DNA of 64,000 bases from a virus, in the IMG/VR virus record IMGVR_UViG_3300045988_080466; one strand, written 5' to 3'. Below the pieces are notes generated by a model. That model was not told the DNA's origin. It did no database searches and saw only the letters and a list, made by a program, of their open reading frames with translations. Shown here piece after piece: positions 1-10,336 of the stretch. The position numbers were made by a program, and so were the translations under genes. Every line of letters begins with the position of its first letter. The first letter of the stretch is position 1.

Positions 1-2
1 TG

Positions 3-3000
3 AATATCTCTGGTTCTTGTGTAACTTCTCTATCTTTACCAAATGCTTCACTTGCTTCCCTTAATATTACTAACTCAGATGTAGAAAAGATTACATTACA
101 GTCTCAACCATTCTTGAGTTCTATCGACTTTACAGGATGTAAGAAATTAAAAACTGTAATTATTGATTCTTGTACTAAGATAGAATCACTTACTCTATCA
201 AGTTTAAGTGACTTGGATTCTGTAACCATTACAGGATGTCCTAATTTGAAATCTATTGTTTGTACTAACAATACTGCGCTATCAGTATTTAATGTATCTA
301 ACTCTAACAATGTAGAAACAATAAACCTATCTAATTGTAATAGTAGGTCTCTACAAATATATATTGTAGGTGCGGCTAAGATTAAAACACTAAATCTTTC
401 TGGAACTACAACTCCAGAGCCAATTCAGTTAGCACAAGGTCTGAACACAATTACTTCTTTAGACATTAGTAATAGTTCTGTATCTGCTTTCCAATTTGGT
501 AATGACCCTATCCCTACTTATAAAGGTGATAATATCTTAGATTTAAGTCCATTTAATCTTACTTCATTATCTTTAAGAAATGCAGGTTTAGTTAAATACA
601 TTAAATTTGATAATAATAAAACTAAGCCATTTACTGTTGGTAATTCTTTCTTCGTTGGATGTTCTTCTCTTATAAGAGTATTCGGACATTTGGCACTTAG
701 TGGGCAGAGTATATTTAGTAACTGTAACAAGTTCTTTATACATGACATGCCAGATACTATTCCGACTCCAATGATTAGTCCTACTGAATGGTTCGGCCCA
801 GATACGAGCACAGAAGATGGAAAAACTCAATGGAAAGCTAACACAAATCTAGATACAAACTTTACTATCTCAACCACTGCTTTAAACAGTGTGTTTAGTA
901 CTACTGCTTGTACTCTATATGATGTGTATTATATACTTAATAGATGTCAGAATGTTACAAGTTTGAATGGTACGTTTGTTGCTTGTAGACAAGTTACTAC
1001 TTCAGTTCCTAACTCTTTTAACAGAAATATGTTCAAGTACTGCGGTAAAGTAACAACCATAGATAGCTTATTCTGGGATTGTGGAGACTTAACTAGTATA
1101 TATTTTAGCCCTACACATGATGACGATGGAAACATTACAGCATACGATGGACTGTTCTCACCGCTTGTGAGTTGTACTAATATGAACAACTCATTCCAAG
1201 CAGGCGGTCAGAAGTATATGGATGAATATCTATTTGCCCCAGTAAATGCAAATGGAGATACTCTAAAACTAACTTCAATCAGTTGGGCTATCTACCACGA
1301 GACATTTATTAAAAATGCTAGTGCTCCTAAAGAAGAAATTTTAAGTTCTGATTATATATATGCCAAGGCAAGTAAGCTGTTAAAATATTTGCCAGAACTT
1401 AACAATATAGGTTATCTGTATGCAAGTACTTATTCTAAAATTGAGTTTGATTTAGATACATATACAGAGAATGGAAAGACAGCTTCATACTGTCCTCTAT
1501 TCTATAATAACTCCAAATTGGTTTCAATAAGTCAATGCTTCAATTGTTACGGTAAAGGTTCTTTATTGAATGTATTTGGCGGAGATGAAGTATTTAACTC
1601 TATGAGAAATAACTTCCCTCAATCATTACAATATATTAGAGGTTCATTTAACTGTGCTAAAGAAGGAAGCAATACAGTAACTTGGCCTATAAAGAACTCA
1701 ATGTTTAGTAAGATTAAGTCTACAATCAAGTTTATTGGGCCGGTTGATGAAGGTAACTTTACAACAAGTGCAGGTAGCTTTGCTGGAGCAGGTATTGTTA
1801 AATCATACATTCCAGACTTAGTTGGAGATAAGTTCCCTTATGATGTATTTAGAGGTTGTACTAACCTAACAGAAGCTCCGGCTTTCTTTGCTAGAATGGC
1901 GTTTCCTTCTGATACAACAACTGAAATTCCGGGAACTACATTTAATGACTGTACCAAACTTACTAATATTTCTTACATGTTCTACAATATGAGTAATGTA
2001 AAATACTCACTTACAAGTAGAGGATTTAAGAATTGTAGGATAGTAAATGCCACAGCTTGTTTTATGGAAGATACATCTAACTATTGTAAAATAGGAAAAG
2101 TTCCTTATGGTTTATTCTATCAAGAAACGGATGTAAGAAAACAATTTATTGGTTGGAATCATACAGACGCTGCAGCTTCTGGAATTACTGAAACATTTGG
2201 TATTACAGAAAGTGGAGAATGGATTCCTGATGATGAATTGCCAACTCAATTACCTGCAACTAAAACATATGAGTTTACAAGAAAACAATTAAATAGAACT
2301 ATAAGAACCTTAGATGGATGTCTAAGAGGATTTAGAAGTCCAGATGCATCTCAATACTTAATTGATTGGGGAAATCTAGAATATGGAGATTCAGGGGATT
2401 TAGTAGCAATTAATGAAGACTATAACCCAGTTGAGTTTATAAAGAACTCTGCTTATGACCCAAGAGAACAGGTTCCTAATCCTGCTTACAATCCTGAAAA
2501 TCCAGGAGCTGAGCCAGAGTTTATTCCTAATCCAAATAGAGATATTCGTAGAGTATTGAAGAATACTAACTATGACCCCTATGAAGAAATGTGGAATTAT
2601 TGGGCAGTTGACGGTAGGGTTGGAATGAAGGGAATTATAGAAAACAGTAATTTATATAGAGATGTATTAAATGGCACTGTAACTACACTTCCAACAACCA
2701 TTCCAGATACTATGGAAGATGAAAACAATAGTAGGTCATGTATAACTCCTGCTTCTTACACAGCTAAAAGACTAGTTATGAACTACATTTGTCCTCCAGA
2801 TTTATTTAGATATTGTGAAAACAGTGCAGCACTGAATGTGAATAACATATTTATGCAAAGTGGGATTTCTTCAGACGTCACTGGTAATTATCAATCTTAT
2901 GGTCTATGTGGTAGAATCCCGCCAAGATTGTTTGAGCCAATATCTAATGTGACTAAGCTAGAAGGTATATTTTATTATTGTTTTATGGTTAATCCATATA

Positions 3001-3578
3001 CTTGGCCTGATACTACAAATGCTGGAACAATGTATCCACCGAACCTATTCTCAACATTGAGAAATTTAACTTCTATTAAGTTGTTATTCTCATACAATGA
3101 GATACCTTCTAATATTGCTCTATCTTCTTCACTATTTGTGAATAATTTGAGTCTTTCAGACTTAGATAGAACTTGGATGTGTTGCAGATGGTATTCAGAT
3201 GCTACATTGCCTGCACAAGTCCCTACTGATTTATTTTCTAGAAATGGAGCTTTAGGAAACCTAAGAGGTACATTCTCAATTTCATCTCTGAGTGTAGATA
3301 GTAGTGATAATGTAACAGCTAGTTTATATACTTATGGAAGAAACCCAATAAAGATAGACAGTACGTTAGTAACAAGAGCAAAACATGCAAATGTATCAAA
3401 CGTATCTTATATGTTTGGTGGTTGTAAGACAACTCAAGGAACTGTACCTGAGCTATGGAATTGGCTAAACAAACTATCTCTTAAATATAGAACACAACCA
3501 TTCTATCAAATGTCTAAAGCATTAATAACAAATAGTGCTGGCATACCTGCAGAATGGTCAATAGGTATGAATGATTAA
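3..3578 (+). CDS. BspA-like leucine-rich-repeat (DUF285-type) adhesin / tail-associated protein; 5' end lies outside the window
   Basis: Frame 3 is open from nt 3, with no stop before the TTG at 114 used by the ORF track. The upstream residues NISGSCVTSLSLPNASLASLNITNSDVEKITL continue the same L/I/N/S/C-rich periodicity as FTGCKKLKTVIIDSCTKIESLTLSSLSDLDSVTITGCPNLKSIVC. Later repeats carry the F-x-x-C-x-x-L and YMF-x-x-C signatures (FVGCSSLIRVF, FKYCGKVTTIDSLFWDCGDLTSIYF, FRGCTNLTEAP, FNDCTKLTNISYMFYNMSNV, NVSNVSYMFGGCKTT). Stop is TAA at 3576-3578. Confidence 0.7.
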   Translation, partial: NISGSCVTSLSLPNASLASLNITNSDVEKITLQSQPFLSSIDFTGCKKLKTVIIDSCTKIESLTLSSLSDLDSVTITGCPNLKSIVCTNNTALSVFNVSNSNNVETINLSNCNSRSLQIYIVGAAKIKTLNLSGTTTPEPIQLAQGLNTITSLDISNSSVSAFQFGNDPIPTYKGDNILDLSPFNLTSLSLRNAGLVKYIKFDNNKTKPFTVGNSFFVGCSSLIRVFGHLALSGQSIFSNCNKFFIHDMPDTIPTPMISPTEWFGPDTSTEDGKTQWKANTNLDTNFTISTTALNSVFSTTACTLYDVYYILNRCQNVTSLNGTFVACRQVTTSVPNSFNRNMFKYCGKVTTIDSLFWDCGDLTSIYFSPTHDDDGNITAYDGLFSPLVSCTNMNNSFQAGGQKYMDEYLFAPVNANGDTLKLTSISWAIYHETFIKNASAPKEEILSSDYIYAKASKLLKYLPELNNIGYLYASTYSKIEFDLDTYTENGKTASYCPLFYNNSKLVSISQCFNCYGKGSLLNVFGGDEVFNSMRNNFPQSLQYIRGSFNCAKEGSNTVTWPIKNSMFSKIKSTIKFIGPVDEGNFTTSAGSFAGAGIVKSYIPDLVGDKFPYDVFRGCTNLTEAPAFFARMAFPSDTTTEIPGTTFNDCTKLTNISYMFYNMSNVKYSLTSRGFKNCRIVNATACFMEDTSNYCKIGKVPYGLFYQETDVRKQFIGWNHTDAAASGITETFGITESGEWIPDDELPTQLPATKTYEFTRKQLNRTIRTLDGCLRGFRSPDASQYLIDWGNLEYGDSGDLVAINEDYNPVEFIKNSAYDPREQVPNPAYNPENPGAEPEFIPNPNRDIRRVLKNTNYDPYEEMWNYWAVDGRVGMKGIIENSNLYRDVLNGTVTTLPTTIPDTMEDENNSRSCITPASYTAKRLVMNYICPPDLFRYCENSAALNVNNIFMQSGISSDVTGNYQSYGLCGRIPPRLFEPISNVTKLEGIFYYCFMVNPYTWPDTTNAGTMYPPNLFSTLRNLTSIKLLFSYNEIPSNIALSSSLFVNNLSLSDLDRTWMCCRWYSDATLPAQVPTDLFSRNGALGNLRGTFSISSLSVDSSDNVTASLYTYGRNPIKIDSTLVTRAKHANVSNVSYMFGGCKTTQGTVPELWNWLNKLSLKYRTQPFYQMSKALITNSAGIPAEWSIGMND

Positions 3579-3598
3579 TAATTTTAAAACGATATAAT

Positions 3599-3862
3599 AT
3601 GTACGGATACGGAAAAGTAGCAAACAGAGAAGGAAAAATATCTTCTGTCCAAGTAAGTATCTTGCAGAATGTTCCTGCCGGAGATTTCTTCCCCGGTGTG
3701 ATATTTCTGATAAAGAATATTACTGATGATAATATAACAGCAGAGATTAGACCTGCAGGACAGGACAATTTCATAGAAACAGTACTATATCCCGGATGGA
3801 ACCCTGAGATGTGTGAAGAAATAAGAGACGCAGAAGAAGGAACATTACAATATGGGTACTAA
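3599..3862 (+). CDS. small hypothetical protein (87 aa)
   Basis: ATG-initiated ORF on the uniform coding strand. It fills the gap between two large genes and overlaps the next ATG (3852) by 11 nt. No recognisable motif. The antisense ORF 3514..3774 competes but is less plausible. Confidence 0.45.
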   Translation: MYGYGKVANREGKISSVQVSILQNVPAGDFFPGVIFLIKNITDDNITAEIRPAGQDNFIETVLYPGWNPEMCEEIRDAEEGTLQYGY

Positions 3863-6800
3863 TATTACTGGTATTGGTAATGCCAATGCCATAGGATTTA
3901 AGTCTAGAGTTACAGGTGGGGCATACTTCCCACCTGAACTTAAAGACGCTCTTGTAGGGGTGTGGTCAGCCTACGGTAAATCGAATGATAGTACTGACCG
4001 TAACATTATCAAGAATAAAATAAAAGATAAAGGCGGAGACTTTGAGCTGCTAAACTTTAACTACAAAGAAGGAAGTGGATATGGTAAGTATGGGACTGAT
4101 TTTCTAAATTGGAATGTTGAAACTTCATCAGTTACTGCATCTTCAAATAAGATAGAAGTCATTAAAGAAAGTAATATGTACAAGATGTACCGTTATTCAA
4201 GTATGACTAAAAATCTTCCCTCCTTTAAGGTAAAAATATCTAATCTGCAAAAAGGATATATAAGATACTATTATCGCAAGCAAACCGGAATCGAAGCATA
4301 TATTGATTTCCACCAAAATGGAATATATGAATTACCCGCATCCTATAAAGTAGATGAAGGAGGAACAGGAACAAATGGAGGATTTAACTCAAACGCAGCC
4401 GTCCTAAATGTGGGGGTGACTATTGAACAAATCCCAGAGTTTAAAGGAGCTGTTGTTACTGACGGAATTGATGATTTAATTATTTCCACAAAAACTGCGA
4501 CAGAGATGGGCATTACTAATGAGGTCACAGTGGTTAGTATGATTCACCAAATAGGAGGTATTAATTCTTCAGCTGTAAATTATGGTTACACTAATTATTT
4601 TAGAGGCATAAATCATAGTACATTAAGAAACAATGCAACAGGATTAAATAAAACTGGTATCTATGGTTATTCTGCAACTAATTATACTCCTACTATAATC
4701 AATAATATATTAGGGGACAAGAATGATTATACAACCAACAGTGCCGGATTTTCACAATCAACGTATAATAATGTTTTTAGTGTAGAAGGATATAAAGTAT
4801 CTAGTATGATTGCCGAAACTAGTCAAGTTGCTTGGTACTGGACATTTATAGCTAACAAAGTTCTTACAGAGGATGAAATTAATCTTGTTATCGAGAAATA
4901 TAACCTTGATAGACCTGGGGAAATAGTTACACCTCAAGTTTATTACAACATAAAGAAACAGAAGATTTCTAATGATAATCACTCTGCATTTGATGATAAA
5001 CTAATTGACTATTCTGGAAATGGTTATGATGCTAAGTTGTATAACTTTGGCTGGAAAGAAGATAGTGGAATTGGGAAATATGAAACTGATTTTACTGATT
5101 GGAAAAAGAGTTTTAAAGTAACATCTTTTGATAGTGAATCTATTAAGTTTACTAGCGATGTTTCTTGGGTATTACTGTATCATCCATCTAGTATTGGAGA
5201 AGATATTCCCTCTTTCAAAGTTCGTATAAAACTTTATGGAAAAGGCACTTTATATTATAACTATATAACTCAAGAAGGGAAATACACTAATGTAGCTGTA
5301 AAATCAGAGATTTTTGAAACACCGATTTGTTATAACACAAAATATACAGGTGAAAAGGGAGTAAACGTTGGATTTACTCTTGGCGTTATCTCTGGTGAAT
5401 GTAGTGGTACTATTACACAAATTCCAGAGTATGAAAATGCATTAGTATTAGATGGTGTAGACGATTATGGAAAAGTAACAGGACTTCCTATTTTAAAGGA
5501 TTATACCTTTTTGGTAGATAGACAAATAATAAATATTGGCGATGTGCAAAGAATAGTTGCTTCTAAATCTGAAAGTGCAACGGATACAGCTAAGCAAGGA
5601 GCATTTCTATTTGAATATTTAAGTAAAAATTCCATTAGTACTTGGAGCTATTATGAAAATAATCCTCTAGTAGCTAATGCTGACTTTAATAGGGATATAA
5701 GCTATCAATCAAAATATATTTACAATGGTAAAGAATTAACAATTGGAGGAGCTGGAGATAGTGATAAATTATGGCTAGGAACAATTCGAGATAATGATTC
5801 TCGTTTCTTTAATGGAGCTATTTATCTTCTTATGCTATTCCCTTACTCTATGAGTGAGTTCTTAATAGAAAGACAAATAGAGAAAGTAAAAGGAGGAACA
5901 TTATATCCTAATCAAGTTGAGTTTAGACCTATAATTCCAGAGGATGAAAACATTACTAAAATTGATTATTTTGTTGTTAATTCTGGTACATGGACAGTAA
6001 TTAAACCTGGAGACTATGTAGACGTAGGAGCTAGGATTGTTCTTAATGTATATACAAAACTTCCTTATAAAATAGCGGGAGCATCTTCAACAGCTTTTAC
6101 TGGTATGACTGTCGGACCTTCAACAGCATTAAATATATGGGATGTTAAGGGTTATATAAAGGATAAGACTCCACAGAAAATCAAATTGACTCTTGCAGTT
6201 AATGAAGATATTGTTCAATGGAATCCTACAATTTCAGCTAATATTCCAGACTCTTACGATGCAGTAACAGAATGGTTTGCCAATGGTTGGGAGACTAAGA
6301 TTGCTGTAGGTGATTGGATTAAAAAGTCTGATAGAATATTCTTTAAATTAAAACTTAAAGAACCTCTACATGAAATAGGTAAAGTTACATTTGGTGGTTC
6401 TGAATGTCAGGCTACTAAAGCAAGTAATTGGTCAGAATCTAATAATCTATGGGAGATTGTAACATATTCTTCTGTTGGAGATTTATCGCAAGTATTTAAT
6501 GTACAAGTAGACGAGTACATCAGATACGAGGACATTGTACAGCCTTATCCAATTCTATTGAGATTCAATGATGAAAACGGTAATGGAGTATCTTGGGGAG
6601 GAAAGTTCAGAGTTGGTTCTACTATTACTAGAATAGGTAGTATTGCTGACCCTGAAAGCAATCTATTAAATGGTTTATATTCTATTTCAGGATTGTCTTT
6701 AAATGGTAAAGCTGTTACTAGTAGTACTAGTATCGTTGAAAAGCAAATGGTATTTAAAACTACTGCAACTTATCTTTTTGATAATAATGAACCTAAATGT

Positions 6801-9800
6801 ATTCTTTCTCCTAGACTATTGAGAATACCTAACTCTAGTTACAAGATTCTAAGACACATTCCCGATATATCCGGTCATGGTAATCATGGAGTTATTCATA
6901 ACTCGGCTTATGCAGGAATGAGTGGAGCGAATGGATATGGAACTAATCTAGGTAATTGGAGTATTAATAGTGCTAATACTGGTAAGATAATAACTCAAAG
7001 AGAAGAATATTTAGAATATGAAGTATTAAGTGCAGATAAGAATATATTATTTTATAATACAAAAATAAAAAATGATACATTTGTAATATATACTAGTGTT
7101 AGTACTAATATTGTATATTCAAAAGAATCTGATATTATTGCTAATATTCCTGCTAATACTCCTACTAAAGTAGTTTGTCCTAAAATTGGTACTATTCTGT
7201 TAAAAACAAATGAAACACCTACTGTTGGAAATATAATTACTGTTAAACAAGATGGAATATATGAAGGAGCATACTGTTTCGATGGCGTAGATGACTTTGT
7301 TATTATTCCTACTACGGTCGGTGGTAAGCAGGTGTTGATGAAGGTGAATTGGCAAAGTGATGTGGGAGCTGTGACACTATACGACCAAAGGCTTAATCTA
7401 TCTGATTATGAATTTGCTATCTATAACGGTAATAGAGACCTTGATGACAATCCTATTATGGCTTATCAGGGAAGAAACAATGGGCAAACATACATTGATG
7501 GAATCTTGAATAGTAATATTAAGGCTTCGGAATTGAAGGCTATTACTCATAATATAACTATTACAAATGAGTTAAGTTTGGGAACAAATAATACCTATCC
7601 TGTTATTGGTTCAACTAGGTCGAATACTCACTTCGCTCAAATGTCTCTCTATGACTTCATGCTCTTCGATGAAATCTCAACAGAAGCTAAGATTAAAGAG
7701 CTGAACGAGTATGTAGGAATAGAAGGAAATGTATTCGAGTTTAATCCTACGTTTACAATAGACCTTCCTATGGCAATTAAGTCTATAAAGGTATATCAAG
7801 GAGGAAATGAAATAAGTCCAGGTTATCTATATCCTAATAAAGATACTGAGTTTGAAGTATATGTATCGCTTAATGATGGTAAATATGCTGTTGATACTAT
7901 TACAGTAGACGGTGTAGAAATCACTAAGGATAGAGTAGTTGGAGAATATAACATATTTAAGTTTACTCTTAATGGTTCTTCTGAACAGAAGATTACAATC
8001 CATTCCTATGAATATATAATGTATGAGGATATTATACAGCCGTATCCAAGTTTTGTTAAGTTAGAAAATCTAGATAGAACTCATACTTATACTTGGGGAG
8101 ATAAACTAAGAATAGGAGATACTATTAGGTATAATTCTTCTAAAAATTTACTGGAGGGAGCTTATACTTTAAGGGGTCAACTAGAGTGTAACGGTGTATA
8201 TGTATTCGATAATAACCAACAAATCGTTGTTACTAAGGAGATGGTATTTGCTTGGTCACATAGTCCCGTTTGGACTATTGGGAACAGTGCTCCTAAATGT
8301 GTATTCTCTCCAAGTAAGTTAAGGATTCCAAATTCTAGCTACAAGTACTTAGGTTATATACCTGATATTTCTGGAAATGGAAACAATGGAACATTTACTA
8401 ACTTTGCTTTCTCTGGTATGTCTGGAGCTAACGGATATCTAGAAGATTTTACTATCATGAAAGACCATGGTACTAGTGGCATAGTTCGCACCGAGAGTAA
8501 GATATATCTTAATGAGTCGTTTAATTATAAAGAGGGATTTTGGCTAGGATATACAAACAATCCTTCCCCTGCTTATAAAGTTAAAGTATCTGGAATACCC
8601 GAAACTGGTATGCTTACATATACAGGAGGTATTTGGTTAAATCTAGTAAATGGAATAAACGAATTGCCTGCAAGAACAAATACTGCAGAAAATCACGGTT
8701 TTGTGGTTCAATCTCCAGGCCTAGACTGGTCAAAATTAGTTATTGAACAAATAGGAAACTATGAAGGTTCTATATGTTTTGACGGAATTGATGATTATGT
8801 AGATATTCCTTCCTTATCAATAGGAGGAAAGCAGGTATTAATGAAGACAAACTGGTTAAAATCTCCTACGTTATTGTATGACCAGAGAGCGTCGGGAAGC
8901 TTTGCTATTCTTACAACTAAGGAGGATGACGCAACTAATCCAAGAATAGCGTACCAAGCACGTAATCAAGATGGCAAGACTTACATAGATGGGATAGAGA
9001 ATAATTATATTGAAACTTACTCTCTAAAAGGTATAACACATAATATTACAGTGACAAACCCTTCGGCAGGAAGTGGAGTAGTACCTGTAATAGGTGCCAA
9101 TACTGGTAAGTCAAGCGGTTTTGCCAAAATGGCTCTTTATGATTTCATGTTGTTTGACGAGGTAAGTACTAACGAAGAAATAAAGCAACTCAATGATATA
9201 GTAGGAATTGAGGGAAATTATGTACAAAGACCTCCTTACTATTGGGACGCTTATGGCAAGACTAACTCTGATGAAGATAGGAGTACTATTCAACAAAGAG
9301 GAACAGCAGTAGGAGACTATGATTTAACTAATCATAATCATGCTTACGATAAAATGTCAGGTTATGGAGGTTATAATTTAGGTAGATTTGATAAGTCTTG
9401 GGCTAGTTCTAGTTCTTCTAATACTAGTATTAAAGTTGTTCAACGAAATCCTTATGATATTACTTTAAAGAAGTTAGGAGGAAATAGTGATTGGGAATTT
9501 AATAACACAGAATTAAAAATTATATCTAATCCTGTATCTGTTAAATTTAAATCTGATAAAAATATAAGATTTACGTGCGATTATCATTATTATCCTGTTG
9601 GAGAAAATAGTGAAGGTATTCCTTTAAGAATAACTTCTAAAGACTTAATTGCTAATGAAGATACCATTATCACAATTTCACCAATTAGTCAAGAGAATAT
9701 AGATAAATATAATATTGATGTAAATAGAGGATACTATCTTATTTATTTTCAATTATCATCTACTCTTGCAGTTAACGAAGAAGTAACTATCGAAATGCTT

Positions 9801-10334
9801 CCTCTTTATCCTAATGCTTTATTATATGATGGAGTAGATGATTATTCAGAAAACACTAGTATTCCGGCATTTACTGATTATACTTATATCATTAAGTATG
9901 AGGATTTTAATAATCCAAATACTGGAAGTTGTATTCAAAGAAAAGGCAGCATTAAGGCAGGTGGAGGAGCATTTGTTCAAGACCATATCTATAGAGGTAC
10001 AAAATATCAATATAATTTTGGAATTAGTAGCAATATTCATAAAGATGATTCCATCGCATTTTGTACTAGAACAAATTATAATGGCACTGCAATTCCGTCT
10101 GGAAACAATACTGATGATACAGGTTTTACTATCGGAAAATTCGATGGATATCGTAAAATGGTATTTTATAAAGAAATGTTGTATCCTAGGACCGTTAATA
10201 TGCTAACCATTAATATGATAAAGAATATGATGGCGGAAGATGGAATAATAGATATACAAGGTAAATTATTTACTGATAAATTTACAGGAGATTTTAATTT
10301 AGACTTTAATAAAGACTTTTTAATAGGTAACTAA
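3852..10334 (+). CDS. modular tail fibre/adhesin (2160 aa) with five LamG-like (concanavalin-type jelly-roll) modules
   Basis: There are five copies of the D-G-[VI]-D-D-[YFL] signature: VVTDGIDDLII, LVLDGVDDYGK, CFDGVDDFVII, CFDGIDDYVDI, LLYDGVDDYSE. Each is preceded by an N-[FH]-x-x-x-x-SG-x-G-x-Y/W segment (NFNYKEGSGYGKYGTDFLNW, NFGWKEDSGIGKYETDFTDW, NSAYAGMSGANGYGTNLGNW, NFAFSGMSGANGYLEDF, HNHAYDKMSGYGGYNLGRF). D-I-SG-[HN]-GN-[HN]-G motifs typical of LamG-domain phage fibre proteins are also present. ATG 3852, stop TAA. Confidence 0.75.
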   Translation: MGTNITGIGNANAIGFKSRVTGGAYFPPELKDALVGVWSAYGKSNDSTDRNIIKNKIKDKGGDFELLNFNYKEGSGYGKYGTDFLNWNVETSSVTASSNKIEVIKESNMYKMYRYSSMTKNLPSFKVKISNLQKGYIRYYYRKQTGIEAYIDFHQNGIYELPASYKVDEGGTGTNGGFNSNAAVLNVGVTIEQIPEFKGAVVTDGIDDLIISTKTATEMGITNEVTVVSMIHQIGGINSSAVNYGYTNYFRGINHSTLRNNATGLNKTGIYGYSATNYTPTIINNILGDKNDYTTNSAGFSQSTYNNVFSVEGYKVSSMIAETSQVAWYWTFIANKVLTEDEINLVIEKYNLDRPGEIVTPQVYYNIKKQKISNDNHSAFDDKLIDYSGNGYDAKLYNFGWKEDSGIGKYETDFTDWKKSFKVTSFDSESIKFTSDVSWVLLYHPSSIGEDIPSFKVRIKLYGKGTLYYNYITQEGKYTNVAVKSEIFETPICYNTKYTGEKGVNVGFTLGVISGECSGTITQIPEYENALVLDGVDDYGKVTGLPILKDYTFLVDRQIINIGDVQRIVASKSESATDTAKQGAFLFEYLSKNSISTWSYYENNPLVANADFNRDISYQSKYIYNGKELTIGGAGDSDKLWLGTIRDNDSRFFNGAIYLLMLFPYSMSEFLIERQIEKVKGGTLYPNQVEFRPIIPEDENITKIDYFVVNSGTWTVIKPGDYVDVGARIVLNVYTKLPYKIAGASSTAFTGMTVGPSTALNIWDVKGYIKDKTPQKIKLTLAVNEDIVQWNPTISANIPDSYDAVTEWFANGWETKIAVGDWIKKSDRIFFKLKLKEPLHEIGKVTFGGSECQATKASNWSESNNLWEIVTYSSVGDLSQVFNVQVDEYIRYEDIVQPYPILLRFNDENGNGVSWGGKFRVGSTITRIGSIADPESNLLNGLYSISGLSLNGKAVTSSTSIVEKQMVFKTTATYLFDNNEPKCILSPRLLRIPNSSYKILRHIPDISGHGNHGVIHNSAYAGMSGANGYGTNLGNWSINSANTGKIITQREEYLEYEVLSADKNILFYNTKIKNDTFVIYTSVSTNIVYSKESDIIANIPANTPTKVVCPKIGTILLKTNETPTVGNIITVKQDGIYEGAYCFDGVDDFVIIPTTVGGKQVLMKVNWQSDVGAVTLYDQRLNLSDYEFAIYNGNRDLDDNPIMAYQGRNNGQTYIDGILNSNIKASELKAITHNITITNELSLGTNNTYPVIGSTRSNTHFAQMSLYDFMLFDEISTEAKIKELNEYVGIEGNVFEFNPTFTIDLPMAIKSIKVYQGGNEISPGYLYPNKDTEFEVYVSLNDGKYAVDTITVDGVEITKDRVVGEYNIFKFTLNGSSEQKITIHSYEYIMYEDIIQPYPSFVKLENLDRTHTYTWGDKLRIGDTIRYNSSKNLLEGAYTLRGQLECNGVYVFDNNQQIVVTKEMVFAWSHSPVWTIGNSAPKCVFSPSKLRIPNSSYKYLGYIPDISGNGNNGTFTNFAFSGMSGANGYLEDFTIMKDHGTSGIVRTESKIYLNESFNYKEGFWLGYTNNPSPAYKVKVSGIPETGMLTYTGGIWLNLVNGINELPARTNTAENHGFVVQSPGLDWSKLVIEQIGNYEGSICFDGIDDYVDIPSLSIGGKQVLMKTNWLKSPTLLYDQRASGSFAILTTKEDDATNPRIAYQARNQDGKTYIDGIENNYIETYSLKGITHNITVTNPSAGSGVVPVIGANTGKSSGFAKMALYDFMLFDEVSTNEEIKQLNDIVGIEGNYVQRPPYYWDAYGKTNSDEDRSTIQQRGTAVGDYDLTNHNHAYDKMSGYGGYNLGRFDKSWASSSSSNTSIKVVQRNPYDITLKKLGGNSDWEFNNTELKIISNPVSVKFKSDKNIRFTCDYHYYPVGENSEGIPLRITSKDLIANEDTIITISPISQENIDKYNIDVNRGYYLIYFQLSSTLAVNEEVTIEMLPLYPNALLYDGVDDYSENTSIPAFTDYTYIIKYEDFNNPNTGSCIQRKGSIKAGGGAFVQDHIYRGTKYQYNFGISSNIHKDDSIAFCTRTNYNGTAIPSGNNTDDTGFTIGKFDGYRKMVFYKEMLYPRTVNMLTINMIKNMMAEDGIIDIQGKLFTDKFTGDFNLDFNKDFLIGN

Positions 10335-10336
10335 CA

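Noticed and set aside
9838-10206. Alternative-frame + strand ORFs inside large genes (9838..10206, 23221..23415, 24638..24829, 30897..31103, 60440..60685, 61403..61618).
   Set aside because: They are fully nested in longer ORFs that have clear domain signatures. There is no independent support for them.
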